Shown here piece by piece: positions 1 to 7,602 of a stretch of 52,427 bases of DNA. The DNA is from a virus (taxonomy: Duplodnaviria > Caudoviricetes). The stretch lies in IMG/VR virus record IMGVR_UViG_3300038678_000203, positions 1 through 52,427 of that record; one strand, 5' to 3'. Below the pieces are notes generated by a model that was given only the letters and a program-made list of their open reading frames with translations, had not been told where the DNA came from and made no database searches. The position numbers were made by a program, and so were the translations under genes. Each line of letters begins with the position of its first letter. Position 1 is the first letter of the stretch.

Positions 1-20
1 AAATAAAACCAAAACCAAAA

Positions 21-119
21 GCTCATACCACTTCCCCCTCTCTTTGATTAATAATATCTTCAAGATTCTCTCCGGTTAATTTCTGATACCTCTTAGCGAA
101 TTCCATCCTGTCACGAGGA
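21..119 (+). repeat. 99-bp terminal direct repeat (copy 1), assembly circularity overlap
   Basis: Identical to 52329-52427. Confidence 0.95.
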
Positions 120-229
120 TGAGTCCAGGTAAATAATCTAATCGTTAAAAATTTATCAAGGTACTCACTCGATAAATACTTATTATACGCTATCGCATTT
201 TGAATCATTTCGTTTCTTAGTTGTTTCAT
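23..229 (-). CDS. Hypothetical protein
   Basis: 68-aa ORF tightly packed after 232..1323; its stop overlaps the next start (ATGA). Confidence 0.7.
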   Translation of the reverse strand: MKQLRNEMIQNAIAYNKYLSSEYLDKFLTIRLFTWTHPRDRMEFAKRYQKLTGENLEDIINQREGEVV

Positions 230-231
230 GG

Positions 232-1323
232 TTATAGATTAATATGGTTAATAACTTTATCAATTAACAAACCTACATCAGAACACATTTTTTTATTCTT
301 AGTAGATTTAAAAGAGTATTTCCCCTTCAGTGTAGATAAGTCAGAAATCAAATCTTTCACTTTAGCTGAGTCACCTTTGCTTAATTCTGATTGGAGCCGG
401 GCTTCTTCTTCCTCTTTGGCTTTTTGTTCAGATTCCTGTTTTGCCTTTAATTCAGCTTCGATTTTCTCCCTAGATTCTCGCTCTTTTTTAAATTTAGCTT
501 CATTTTCCTTTGCTAATCGAGATTGTTCAGCTTCTCGTTTTTTACGATCTACTTCATCTTTCTTTGCTTTAGCTTCAGCCTCTTTCTTCAGTAGTTCATT
601 TTCTTTTCGGATGCGCTCTTGTTCTTTATCAAAATCTTCTTTTTCTTTTTTTAAATAATGAACAAGCTCATCCCACATATCTAAATCCCATTGACCAAAA
701 TTTGAAACCTTATTATCTTCAGGCATAAATTGCCAAAGATGAATAACACTTGATCGCCTATCACTATTCAGCCTCTCAACTCTCTCGGCCTCTACTCGAT
801 CCTCTTCAGCTTTTTTCTCTGCGGCAATTCTGATATCATATGACGTTTTCGTTCCAAATAAAAAATTATCCCATACTCCATCTGTAAGCTCCCCTAAATT
901 TCCGGGAACAAAATCAACTTCATACTTCTCTAGCTCTAAAGCTCTTTCTTCTTGAAGCTTTTCAATTTTTTCAGCTTCGATATTTTCATAATGCCTTTCA
1001 ATTGCCATCAACTTCTCTTCAATGCCCTGAGAGGACATTAATTGAGCATTTTTCCATCCATCAACAAATCTGCCGCCTTGTAAATAAAAATGTTTTAATT
1101 CTTTATGAATCTCAGCAGTTCCAGTTCGTATTTTAACATATTTCAATCTCAATTCTTTAGCTTTTGTTGTAGCTTCCTTTGAGATTTCAAGTTTTACAAC
1201 TTCATTATATTCCTTTTCCAATGCAATCATACTGTCTAACATTGGTTTGAACATATCAGAAATTTGCTTTGCTTTATTTTCTTCAAGTCCAAATTCTTTG
1301 GGATCAATTTTTACTAAATTCAT
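232..1323 (-). CDS. Coiled-coil phage protein in recombination module
   Basis: 363 aa, E/K-rich helical; directly downstream of exonuclease and annealing genes. Confidence 0.75.
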   Translation of the reverse strand: MNLVKIDPKEFGLEENKAKQISDMFKPMLDSMIALEKEYNEVVKLEISKEATTKAKELRLKYVKIRTGTAEIHKELKHFYLQGGRFVDGWKNAQLMSSQGIEEKLMAIERHYENIEAEKIEKLQEERALELEKYEVDFVPGNLGELTDGVWDNFLFGTKTSYDIRIAAEKKAEEDRVEAERVERLNSDRRSSVIHLWQFMPEDNKVSNFGQWDLDMWDELVHYLKKEKEDFDKEQERIRKENELLKKEAEAKAKKDEVDRKKREAEQSRLAKENEAKFKKERESREKIEAELKAKQESEQKAKEEEEARLQSELSKGDSAKVKDLISDLSTLKGKYSFKSTKNKKMCSDVGLLIDKVINHINL

Positions 1324-1325
1324 AT

Positions 1326-2006
1326 TTATTTAAGTTTAGAAATTAAGTGGTCACGTATAATTATTGCTTTTCTAACTTTCTCAATCATATAGTTACTATC
1401 AATCTCGTCAACTTTAAAATTGATCATAACCATCCTGTTTTCATTCTTTTTAAATCTAGGGTCATAGCTGATAAATTTCCAGTTATCACGATTACATTTC
1501 CCAGCGTAAAAAGTCATTTGCCAATATTTAGCAGGATAATTCTTTTTAATATCAACTTGATTTCCGAGTAAATATAATAGATGATTATCGGAATTAGGAC
1601 AATAAACCTCTATTCCTGTATCAAATTCATCAACCCAGCCGTCAATTGACCATGCTGTAGAATCATCTGATTCAGTGTCTTTTTCAATTATCTTTATGCC
1701 TTTTGATGCTTCTAAATATCTCTTAGCTTCTGGCTCAAGTTCAATACCTCTTAGCATTTCAATGGAAGGCTTAAATTCCTTTCGCTCTCCTGTAAGATAT
1801 TCAGTTACTTTTTCATAGATGTATGTCATTGCTCCATCTCCAAAAGGAATATCTATTGTTTTTCTTTTTCCTTTATTCCTTTTTTCTTCTGCCAATTCTT
1901 CAGCACTCATAGCTCTTTTTCCTTCAGGTATAAGTCGATAAATTGACGACCCCGTAAATTTACCAAACCTTAATTTTAATTGTTCTTCTGTTAGTGTTGA
2001 GTTCAT
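1326..2006 (-). CDS. YqaJ/lambda-exonuclease-like recombination nuclease
   Basis: R.GKFTGS, M.RGIELEPEA, SIDG, E.xCP, YWQM and FISYDPR motifs. Confidence 0.85.
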   Translation of the reverse strand: MNSTLTEEQLKLRFGKFTGSSIYRLIPEGKRAMSAEELAEEKRNKGKRKTIDIPFGDGAMTYIYEKVTEYLTGERKEFKPSIEMLRGIELEPEAKRYLEASKGIKIIEKDTESDDSTAWSIDGWVDEFDTGIEVYCPNSDNHLLYLLGNQVDIKKNYPAKYWQMTFYAGKCNRDNWKFISYDPRFKKNENRMVMINFKVDEIDSNYMIEKVRKAIIIRDHLISKLK

Positions 2007-2527
2007 GGTTTCTCCGTTATTTTAGCATCCTTAAACCTATCAGAGTCCATGAGACCCTCGTAATTCATAGTATCTTCTTTTCCCATATCCATACCGAAAA
2101 TGCACCCTATCTTTTTAGCTGCATTTTTCTCAGCAAATGTCAAGGCGTTAGGAGCGGCTTTTTGAACAGAATCGAAGTTAACTTCATTCCAGTCCATTGC
2201 CCCCTTCTTTGATTTAGTGTGAATAGGAAAACCACCTACGCCATCTTGATAGCGCATTTCTTTAGTTATCGGGTGCTTGTAGTGCAGTCTGACGGTGCAG
2301 ACAACAGAATTAACCATTTGTTGAACTTGTCGAACTTCTACATTCCATGTTACAAACAGACGGGTAAGCATAAACCGAACCTTATCAATTGACAGGTAAG
2401 GAATACCCTTGTACTCTTTAATCCACGATTTAGGCGGAGTTTGATTAAGGATTACATTGAAGGCATTTTCCTGGGCCTCTTCACCGGCCTCAGATTTCAT
2501 AATCTCTGAATAAGTTGGAATTTCCAT
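2003..2527 (-). CDS. Sak/Rad52-like single-strand annealing protein
   Basis: YLSID.V...L..LF..W, DGVG and A.T.AEKNAAKKIG.IFG motifs; adjacent to exonuclease. Confidence 0.7.
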   Translation of the reverse strand: MEIPTYSEIMKSEAGEEAQENAFNVILNQTPPKSWIKEYKGIPYLSIDKVRFMLTRLFVTWNVEVRQVQQMVNSVVCTVRLHYKHPITKEMRYQDGVGGFPIHTKSKKGAMDWNEVNFDSVQKAAPNALTFAEKNAAKKIGCIFGMDMGKEDTMNYEGLMDSDRFKDAKITEKP

Positions 2528-2551
2528 ATTTTAAAAGTTTAAGTTTGAAAT

Positions 2552-2584
2552 GCTAATGTATGAAATGTTTTTCACTTATGCAAA
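2552..2584 (-). promoter_or_regulatory. Early-type promoter (TTTGCA...TACATTAGC)
   Basis: Member of a 33-bp promoter family resembling the Bacteroidota -33 TTTG / -7 TAnnTTTG consensus. Confidence 0.7.
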
Positions 2585-2602
2585 TTAAATTGGAAAAGAC
2601 AA

Positions 2603-2867
2603 GTTTTAAGCTACTTGCAGGAATTGAAATTATCCTTCTTCATCCCAATTCCAATATTTTACACCTGAATTAGTCCAACCGAAATGCTCTCCGTTTTCAA
2701 GTAACCAATCTTCGGCTTCGTTAAATGAATCAAAATCTTCTATAATGACATCTCCATCTATATCACGGAGAAAATCACGGTTTCCAAAGTCGATAAAACT
2801 GTATGCACTCATAATAATTTAAATTTTTAGATTAATAAATATGTTGTGCTACTAAGTAGCTTAAAAC
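2603..2867 (-). repeat. Segment bounded by perfect 14-bp inverted repeats (GTTTTAAGCTACTT ... AAGTAGCTTAAAAC)
   Basis: 2603-2616 and 2854-2867 are exact reverse complements and enclose one gene. Confidence 0.85.
2630..2812 (-). CDS. Small acidic hypothetical protein
   Basis: 60-aa ORF with AT-rich leader inside the inverted-repeat segment. Confidence 0.7.
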   Translation of the reverse strand: MSAYSFIDFGNRDFLRDIDGDVIIEDFDSFNEAEDWLLENGEHFGWTNSGVKYWNWDEEG

Positions 2868-2886
2868 CTTCCCTTATTCAAAAATA

Positions 2887-3084
2887 TTACCCCTCCCACG
2901 GCTTTGTTGGAAAGTCTTTCGCGTCGATCACATCATGCATAACCTTACTTACGTTGGATGGTTTTATAGAGTTCTCCCTACAAAATTTCATAAATCCGCC
3001 ACATTCTTTATAATACTCAGACGTTACAACAAAGTCTGGCATACTCTTAAAGTGCATTACTACAACTGAAATCTTTTCTTCCAT
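2887..3084 (-). CDS. Hypothetical protein (start probably at MEEK)
   Basis: The upstream in-frame extension coincides with the repeated leader motif. Confidence 0.6.
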   Translation of the reverse strand: MEEKISVVVMHFKSMPDFVVTSEYYKECGGFMKFCRENSIKPSNVSKVMHDVIDAKDFPTKPWEG

Positions 3085-3129
3085 GGTAATATTTATTTTA
3101 GATTTTACCTTTGCCATATCAAATAATGG

Positions 3130-3288
3130 CTATGTTTTCAATAACCATTCTAGACGGCGAATACAATTCTTACTACCGTTAATCCTACCAGAATAATACG
3201 ATGTGTCCATCCCATCCGTTATAGCTTTCTCAAATCGCCTTAAGGAAATGCGTTCATCTACGATAGCTCTTTTAATTTTCTCTTCCAT
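3130..3288 (-). CDS. Small hypothetical protein, 52 aa (MEEKIKRAIV...), not in ORF track
   Basis: Translated by hand; preceded by leader repeat. Confidence 0.6.
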   Translation of the reverse strand: MEEKIKRAIVDERISLRRFEKAITDGMDTSYYSGRINGSKNCIRRLEWLLKT

Positions 3289-3331
3289 GATAATATATTT
3301 TAAATTTTACCTTCACCATATACTTCGAAGA

Positions 3332-3488
3332 GTTAGCACAAACGCCCCTTCGAGGGGTCGCTAACGATCAGTTAATAATTCGTCCATTGATATTCGCACA
3401 TAGATGAACAAAAGTTTCTACCTTTGCTAATTGTATTGCCACATTTTAGGCAATTATTAACTTCCTTCGTCAGCTCGTTTGTGCTAAC
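3332..3488 (-). repeat. Segment bounded by perfect 13-bp inverted repeats (GTTAGCACAAACG ... CGTTTGTGCTAAC)
   Basis: 3332-3344 and 3476-3488 are exact reverse complements; nested hairpin at 3332-3365. Confidence 0.8.
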
Positions 3489-3593
3489 GTTTAATTTTTT
3501 TGCTCGATAAACCATTCTCAAATAAATTATCTTAGTAATAATTCCATCCTTGTATGCTTCATACAGGAAATTAATTAATTCTTTTTTAGTCAT
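3372..3593 (-). CDS. Hypothetical protein with C-terminal zinc ribbon
   Basis: CLKC...FCSSMC motif. Confidence 0.6.
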   Translation of the reverse strand: MTKKELINFLYEAYKDGIITKIIYLRMVYRAKKLNVSTNELTKEVNNCLKCGNTISKGRNFCSSMCEYQWTNY

Positions 3594-3703
3594 CTCTTTG
3601 TTTTTAAGTTCTACAAGTTCTCAGTGCGCACGTAGGATAACATTAAATAACTGGCTAGTAAATTCAACATAATTTATTCGCACAAATAGCTATAAGCAAT
3701 AAC

Positions 3704-3904
3704 TTAAGGATACAGTGATCCGCAGATAGCGTCTTGAATAGACCTATCATCTTCCTTCATCACCATTTCATCAGTAACTTTTAGGTCATCAAACAACACA
3801 ATAGATGAGTATCTATCTGTAAACATGTAATTCAGTTTCATTAACCTTAAAGCTTTTTTTTGAATTTCCTTCAATAACTTATCTTTTTCTTTTTCTCTTT
3901 CCAT
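3704..3904 (-). CDS. Hypothetical protein
   Basis: 66-aa ORF preceded by leader repeat. Confidence 0.6.
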   Translation of the reverse strand: MEREKEKDKLLKEIQKKALRLMKLNYMFTDRYSSIVLFDDLKVTDEMVMKEDDRSIQDAICGSLYP

Positions 3905-3949
3905 AATAAAATATATTAAATTTTACCTTCACCATATACTCCGCAGAGG

Positions 3950-4201
3950 TTAATCCTTAACCTCCAACAAAGTCAAATCCGACCCCTTGCCTGAATCTTC
4001 TAACTTAACCCAATCAGAGAAGGAGTTATCGACCGGAGTATTTATCCACTGAAATACAACAGTTCTAGAAAGTATCCATGCAGCTTTTAGATTAGTTCCT
4101 TCTTTATGTGCTACTATCATTGCAGCACGTTGCTTCCAATAAGGTTCTTTTGGGCTGTGTAAGAAACATTGGATTACTAGGCATTTGGTGTGTTCTGACA
4201 T
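3950..4201 (-). CDS. Hypothetical protein
   Basis: 83-aa ORF in early operon. Confidence 0.6.
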   Translation of the reverse strand: MSEHTKCLVIQCFLHSPKEPYWKQRAAMIVAHKEGTNLKAAWILSRTVVFQWINTPVDNSFSDWVKLEDSGKGSDLTLLEVKD

Positions 4202-4216
4202 AATTTCAAAAGTTAG

Positions 4217-4555
4217 TTATTTTTTTTGTTGCCCAATGTACTCACCAAGAATATCAAGCTTATTCAAAATCTGATCAGTCTCTTCTTTCGCGTATTTTTT
4301 AATAAGCTCTTCTCTTATTAATTCGATATTGGTAAGCGTTTTACCATATTTTGTTATTTCTTTATACCAAGAATTAAAATATGTTCCTCCTGTTGTTCCG
4401 TATTTATTTACAAGAGATAATTGTTCCTCACCATTTATTTTAATGGTTAGCTTTTGACCTATTTCTGTTTTCGAAACTACTTCTGTGAAATTTTTAAATT
4501 CTCTGTTGAAACGTTCTTCGGCTCTTTCATTGATTCTTTTTTCTAGTGTGTTCAT
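4217..4555 (-). CDS. Hypothetical protein, first gene of early operon
   Basis: 112-aa ORF just downstream of promoter 4579-4611. Confidence 0.7.
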   Translation of the reverse strand: MNTLEKRINERAEERFNREFKNFTEVVSKTEIGQKLTIKINGEEQLSLVNKYGTTGGTYFNSWYKEITKYGKTLTNIELIREELIKKYAKEETDQILNKLDILGEYIGQQKK

Positions 4556-4578
4556 ATCTCATATATTTTAAGTTCTCT

Positions 4579-4611
4579 GCTAATATATGCAAAAGTTTTC
4601 ACATATGCAAG
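4579..4611 (-). promoter_or_regulatory. Early-type promoter (CTTGCATATGTGAAAACTTTTGCATATATTAGC)
   Basis: Close match to copies at 2552, 20362, 36028 and 45165. Confidence 0.75.
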
Positions 4612-4621
4612 TTTATTGCAT

Positions 4622-4651
4622 AAAAAAACCGGGTAATCTCCATTACCCGGT
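4622..4651 (-). terminator. Rho-independent terminator
   Basis: CCGGGTAAT-GGAG-ATTACCCGG stem-loop followed by T7 on the minus strand, at the end of the lysis operon. Confidence 0.9.
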
Positions 4652-4692
4652 CAAACTTTTAAAAATATGAAATCACAAATACTTCCCAGAAG
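4622..4692 (-). ncRNA. Candidate small RNA of about 70 nt
   Basis: Promoter-like motif at 4695-4727 followed by an ORF-free stretch and a terminator. Confidence 0.4.
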
Positions 4693-4694
4693 AA

Positions 4695-4727
4695 GCTAAA
4701 GTACTACTTTTTTCCTTTACTTGCAAA
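4695..4727 (-). promoter_or_regulatory. Promoter-like motif (TTTGCAAG...TACTTTAGC)
   Basis: Same spacing as the other promoter copies. Confidence 0.55.
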
Positions 4728-4901
4728 TTATTTCTTCTTTGTTTGCTTTTGAACATGGTGAACTAAAGACGCACCAGTCAACGCAATAATTACAGACATT
4801 GCAGCAGCAAATATATCAGCAGGTATTTTTGTTTGAAACGCCATTAAAATAATAATTGCTACTTGTCCAATAATAGTTTTGTTTCCGTTAATCCATTTCA
4901 T
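4728..4901 (-). CDS. Putative two-TM holin-like protein, 57 aa, not in ORF track
   Basis: MKWINGNKTIIGQVAIIILMAF...; two hydrophobic segments and a basic C-terminus; in lysis cassette. Confidence 0.6.
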   Translation of the reverse strand: MKWINGNKTIIGQVAIIILMAFQTKIPADIFAAAMSVIIALTGASLVHHVQKQTKKK

Positions 4902-4911
4902 AATATAGTTT

Positions 4912-5133
4912 TTAGTTATTATTAGCCCGTTTAGAGCGTTTTTTAGCCTTTATTCGTTCTAATAGAGGTTTGCGTGTTATCTTGTTAGTTATATCTTGAG
5001 AGCTATTAGAATTGCGCTTTTGAACTATTTTCCGGGTTGATATCTCGGTATTATTTACGCTACTTCGCATTAACAACCATAATATAATCATTCCTGCGAT
5101 AACTCCTATTAATGCAGCAATTAATAATTTCAT
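4912..5133 (-). CDS. Membrane-anchored basic protein in lysis cassette
   Basis: N-terminal TM helix; directly after the endolysin. Confidence 0.6.
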   Translation of the reverse strand: MKLLIAALIGVIAGMIILWLLMRSSVNNTEISTRKIVQKRNSNSSQDITNKITRKPLLERIKAKKRSKRANNN

Positions 5134-5615
5134 GATTCGTAAATTACATATTTAGTACGACTCCCAATTTTCACAGCTTTTAAAATCTCATTTCTATTTT
5201 TAGTCCCATTATATGAAACATGAACCCAAGACGGATTATCCTGATCTCCAAACTCCCATATAAGCTGGTCGAAATATAAGTTATCTTTGATATAATTAAA
5301 TATTTCACCGTTAGAACTCCACCCATGAATAACAAAATAGTCATTATCAATATCCATTGCAGCTCCATTATTCGCTAAATGCTGGCTATTTTCAGCACCA
5401 TGAATTAATGAATTAAGATCACTAGACCTGAAAAAACTTGATATATTTATAGGCTGATCTCCAAGGCCATTTCTTAATGGTTCAAAAACAAACATTGCTA
5501 AAGATTGCATTCTCTTTAATTGATCGTTATTAGGTTCATTTAAAACAGAATGTCTTATAGCTGTGTCGCTTTTTATAGCTTCTTTATAACTTACATTTTC
5601 AGATATTCTTTCCAT
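5130..5615 (-). CDS. Endolysin, peptidase M15 (D-Ala-D-Ala carboxypeptidase-like)
   Basis: SSFFRS..LN, SQH......A.D, FDQLIWE and WVHVSY zinc-ligand motifs. Confidence 0.9.
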   Translation of the reverse strand: MERISENVSYKEAIKSDTAIRHSVLNEPNNDQLKRMQSLAMFVFEPLRNGLGDQPINISSFFRSSDLNSLIHGAENSQHLANNGAAMDIDNDYFVIHGWSSNGEIFNYIKDNLYFDQLIWEFGDQDNPSWVHVSYNGTKNRNEILKAVKIGSRTKYVIYES

Positions 5616-6019
5616 TATTCATGCTGTTTTAAGATATCTTCTTTAAGTTCTTTATAGACTTGAGACAACTTATTCTCAGAATCTTCCTGTTCAGAATAAA
5701 GATGTTCATAATCTCTCAGGTGTTCTCCAATAGTTTGATTGATTTCAATTATAGTCTCCTTATTTTCCTTAATAGTAGGAAATGCATTTTCAACAGTAGT
5801 AGCAAATTTAATCAAATTCTTATATTCTTCAACTGTAAGGATTTTATGCGTTTTGTCATTTACATGAATATCTTCATCTAATAAATGATTTTCTAAGTTA
5901 TTTTGAAGTTTAGCGTAACCGATAACAGAGCCGACAATAGTTGCTAAAATAGGAATTGCTATAGAAATCAGGTTTCCTATAGTCAAGTTGCCTAGCATAT
6001 TCTTTTTTATCTCAGCCAT
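5615..6019 (-). CDS. Single-TM coiled-coil protein (holin/antiholin-like)
   Basis: N-terminal TM plus coiled coil, upstream of the endolysin. Confidence 0.55.
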   Translation of the reverse strand: MAEIKKNMLGNLTIGNLISIAIPILATIVGSVIGYAKLQNNLENHLLDEDIHVNDKTHKILTVEEYKNLIKFATTVENAFPTIKENKETIIEINQTIGEHLRDYEHLYSEQEDSENKLSQVYKELKEDILKQHE

Positions 6020-6025
6020 TCATAA

Positions 6026-6379
6026 TCAACTTTTACTATTAATCAGTTTCTCAAGCCCTTTAAAACCTAATTCAACATACTTTCTGAAATCATCTACTTT
6101 GGCAATAAAATCTGATTTAAGTTCTTTGTGTCGGTCATTATTCGTTTCTACAAGTATTTTTATATCTGAATCCATTTTTGCGAATTTTTGATTTTGATCT
6201 TCTTTAAATTCATTAAACCTTTCTACACCAAGTTTTGCATTTATTTTGGTTTCATTGTCTTTCTGCATACTTTGTTGCAACTTTCTGAAGGCTATCCATA
6301 GGAGAACAACTTGTATTAAAAACCCCCCGACTAAAAGCGTCCCCGCGAAAAAAACCGATAAAGTAATATTGTCAGACAT
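6026..6379 (-). CDS. Single-TM coiled-coil protein (holin-like); start at MSDNIT
   Basis: N-terminal TM plus coiled coil. Confidence 0.55.
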   Translation of the reverse strand: MSDNITLSVFFAGTLLVGGFLIQVVLLWIAFRKLQQSMQKDNETKINAKLGVERFNEFKEDQNQKFAKMDSDIKILVETNNDRHKELKSDFIAKVDDFRKYVELGFKGLEKLINSKS

Positions 6380-6666
6380 AGTGCCATTATTATTATAAAT
6401 AAATAAATGAAAATCTTCCACTCGTAATCGCCATAAATTGCTGCGTAGGACCAAATAAACAGATACGCTGTAGGAGGTATTGCTACAACCATTATTATTT
6501 TACTCTTTATTAAATCGGCCACACAGATAAACATTATCGCTTCTCCGGCACATCTAAGAAGATGATTAACACAATTTATGTCTGTTAACAGCCATAGGGG
6601 GTATGATATAGCAAATAAAGTACCTCCTATAACTATTAATATTTTATTTAATTTGTCCCTCTCCAT
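6331..6666 (-). CDS. Multi-pass (about 4 TM) membrane protein
   Basis: Four hydrophobic segments in 111 aa. Confidence 0.7.
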   Translation of the reverse strand: MERDKLNKILIVIGGTLFAISYPLWLLTDINCVNHLLRCAGEAIMFICVADLIKSKIIMVVAIPPTAYLFIWSYAAIYGDYEWKIFIYLFIIIMALCLTILLYRFFSRGRF

Positions 6667-6668
6667 TT

Positions 6669-6740
6669 TTAAGGTCTGGGATCAGGTGGAGGCTCTTGTG
6701 GTTTTGGTTTTGGGCGAACTACTTTTTGTAAATGTTTCAT
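6669..6740 (-). CDS. 23-aa proline-rich micropeptide MKHLQKVVRPKPKPQEPPPDPRP
   Basis: ATGA overlap with the upstream stop; its stop lies 2 nt before the next ATG, filling the gap exactly. Confidence 0.55.
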   Translation of the reverse strand: MKHLQKVVRPKPKPQEPPPDPRP

Positions 6741-7282
6741 AGCTTAATATTTAAGTGAATATATCCGCTGTAAACAATATTTTTACTTATCAGCGGTCTG
6801 TTTTTTACATTTCCAATATAAGAAATACTATACTTTTTTTTAGTATAAAGTCTTAACTCAATATTCCCTCCATAAGTCCACGCGTATCCGCCTTGATTAT
6901 GGATAACTCCCGTTTCAAATCCGGTAAGTAATGCCAATCTTCTGTCTATTAGTGTATAATCTAAACCTCCTGTAAAACTTTCATACTCTGCCCATCCAAA
7001 AGTTTCTACAACCAAATAAGGATTGTATCGATTATGCTTATAAAATATCTTCTGCCTGAGATCAAGTTTGTATTCGGATAACATTTTAGGATCGATACCA
7101 GGAGAAATATACAATCCATTCTTACCGTCAAAGCCATCATACCAGAAGTGTTCATAGGCTATTGTGATGCCTATTCCCCCAATTAAACCTAAAACTACTC
7201 CATTGCCTCCAATCTTTGGGGCCGCTTTAGATTGTATGATGATTCCTAAAGCAATTAGAAATATAAGAGCTAGCTTTCTCAT
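6737..7282 (-). CDS. Secreted protein, probable small outer-membrane beta-barrel
   Basis: Signal peptide, alternating hydrophobic strands and a C-terminal GYIHLNIKL beta-signal-like end. Confidence 0.55.
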   Translation of the reverse strand: MRKLALIFLIALGIIIQSKAAPKIGGNGVVLGLIGGIGITIAYEHFWYDGFDGKNGLYISPGIDPKMLSEYKLDLRQKIFYKHNRYNPYLVVETFGWAEYESFTGGLDYTLIDRRLALLTGFETGVIHNQGGYAWTYGGNIELRLYTKKKYSISYIGNVKNRPLISKNIVYSGYIHLNIKL

Positions 7283-7488
7283 TCCTCAATTATCAAGTAA
7301 GGCATTCCGGTAATTAGATCAAATCTAGCAGTTACATTACAACCTACTGAATCGATTATCATATTGCCATGAATTTGTATTTTCTTAATAGAATCGATCA
7401 TTTGTATTGCTTCCTGCTTGTATTTATCACAATTGCAATCACAACCTAACACCAAGACAAATAATAATATGAGTACTAAGTTTTTCAT
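7279..7488 (-). CDS. Small lipoprotein (start MKNLVL)
   Basis: Lipobox LVLG-C. Confidence 0.6.
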   Translation of the reverse strand: MKNLVLILLFVLVLGCDCNCDKYKQEAIQMIDSIKKIQIHGNMIIDSVGCNVTARFDLITGMPYLIIEE

Positions 7489-7583
7489 TGCATAATTATC
7501 CAAACTACTAGTAAAGCGATAGTAAGACCAAACATTATAATTACTACCAATCCAATTTTGCTGACTCTTTTTCTTTTTACCAT
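7485..7583 (-). CDS. 32-aa membrane peptide, not in ORF track
   Basis: MVKRKRVSKIGLVVIIMFGLTIALLVVWIIMQ; ATGA-coupled to the next gene. Confidence 0.5.
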   Translation of the reverse strand: MVKRKRVSKIGLVVIIMFGLTIALLVVWIIMQ

Positions 7584-7602
7584 TCAAATCGTATATACTG
7601 TA

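Larger units (their letters stand above)
3085..3945 (-). repeat. Three copies of a leader repeat, ATATGGYRAAGGTAAAATYTAA (about 3098-3119, 3300-3323, 3917-3940)
   Basis: Copies 2 and 3 share AGTATATGGTGAAGGTAAAATTTAA; each copy precedes an ATGGAA gene start. Confidence 0.85.

Noticed and set aside
221-658. Plus-strand 145-aa ORF and similar antisense ORFs (10703, 13574, 25968, 28491, 39139)
   Set aside because: Antisense shadows of well-supported minus-strand genes
3295-3945. Mini-CRISPR array from the repeated 25-mer
   Set aside because: Only two near-identical copies, about 600 bp apart and separated by genes
4667-4699. Plus-strand 10-codon ORF MKSQILPRRS
   Set aside because: No promoter or context on that strand; better explained as the complement of the candidate sRNA, though a gene remnant is not excluded
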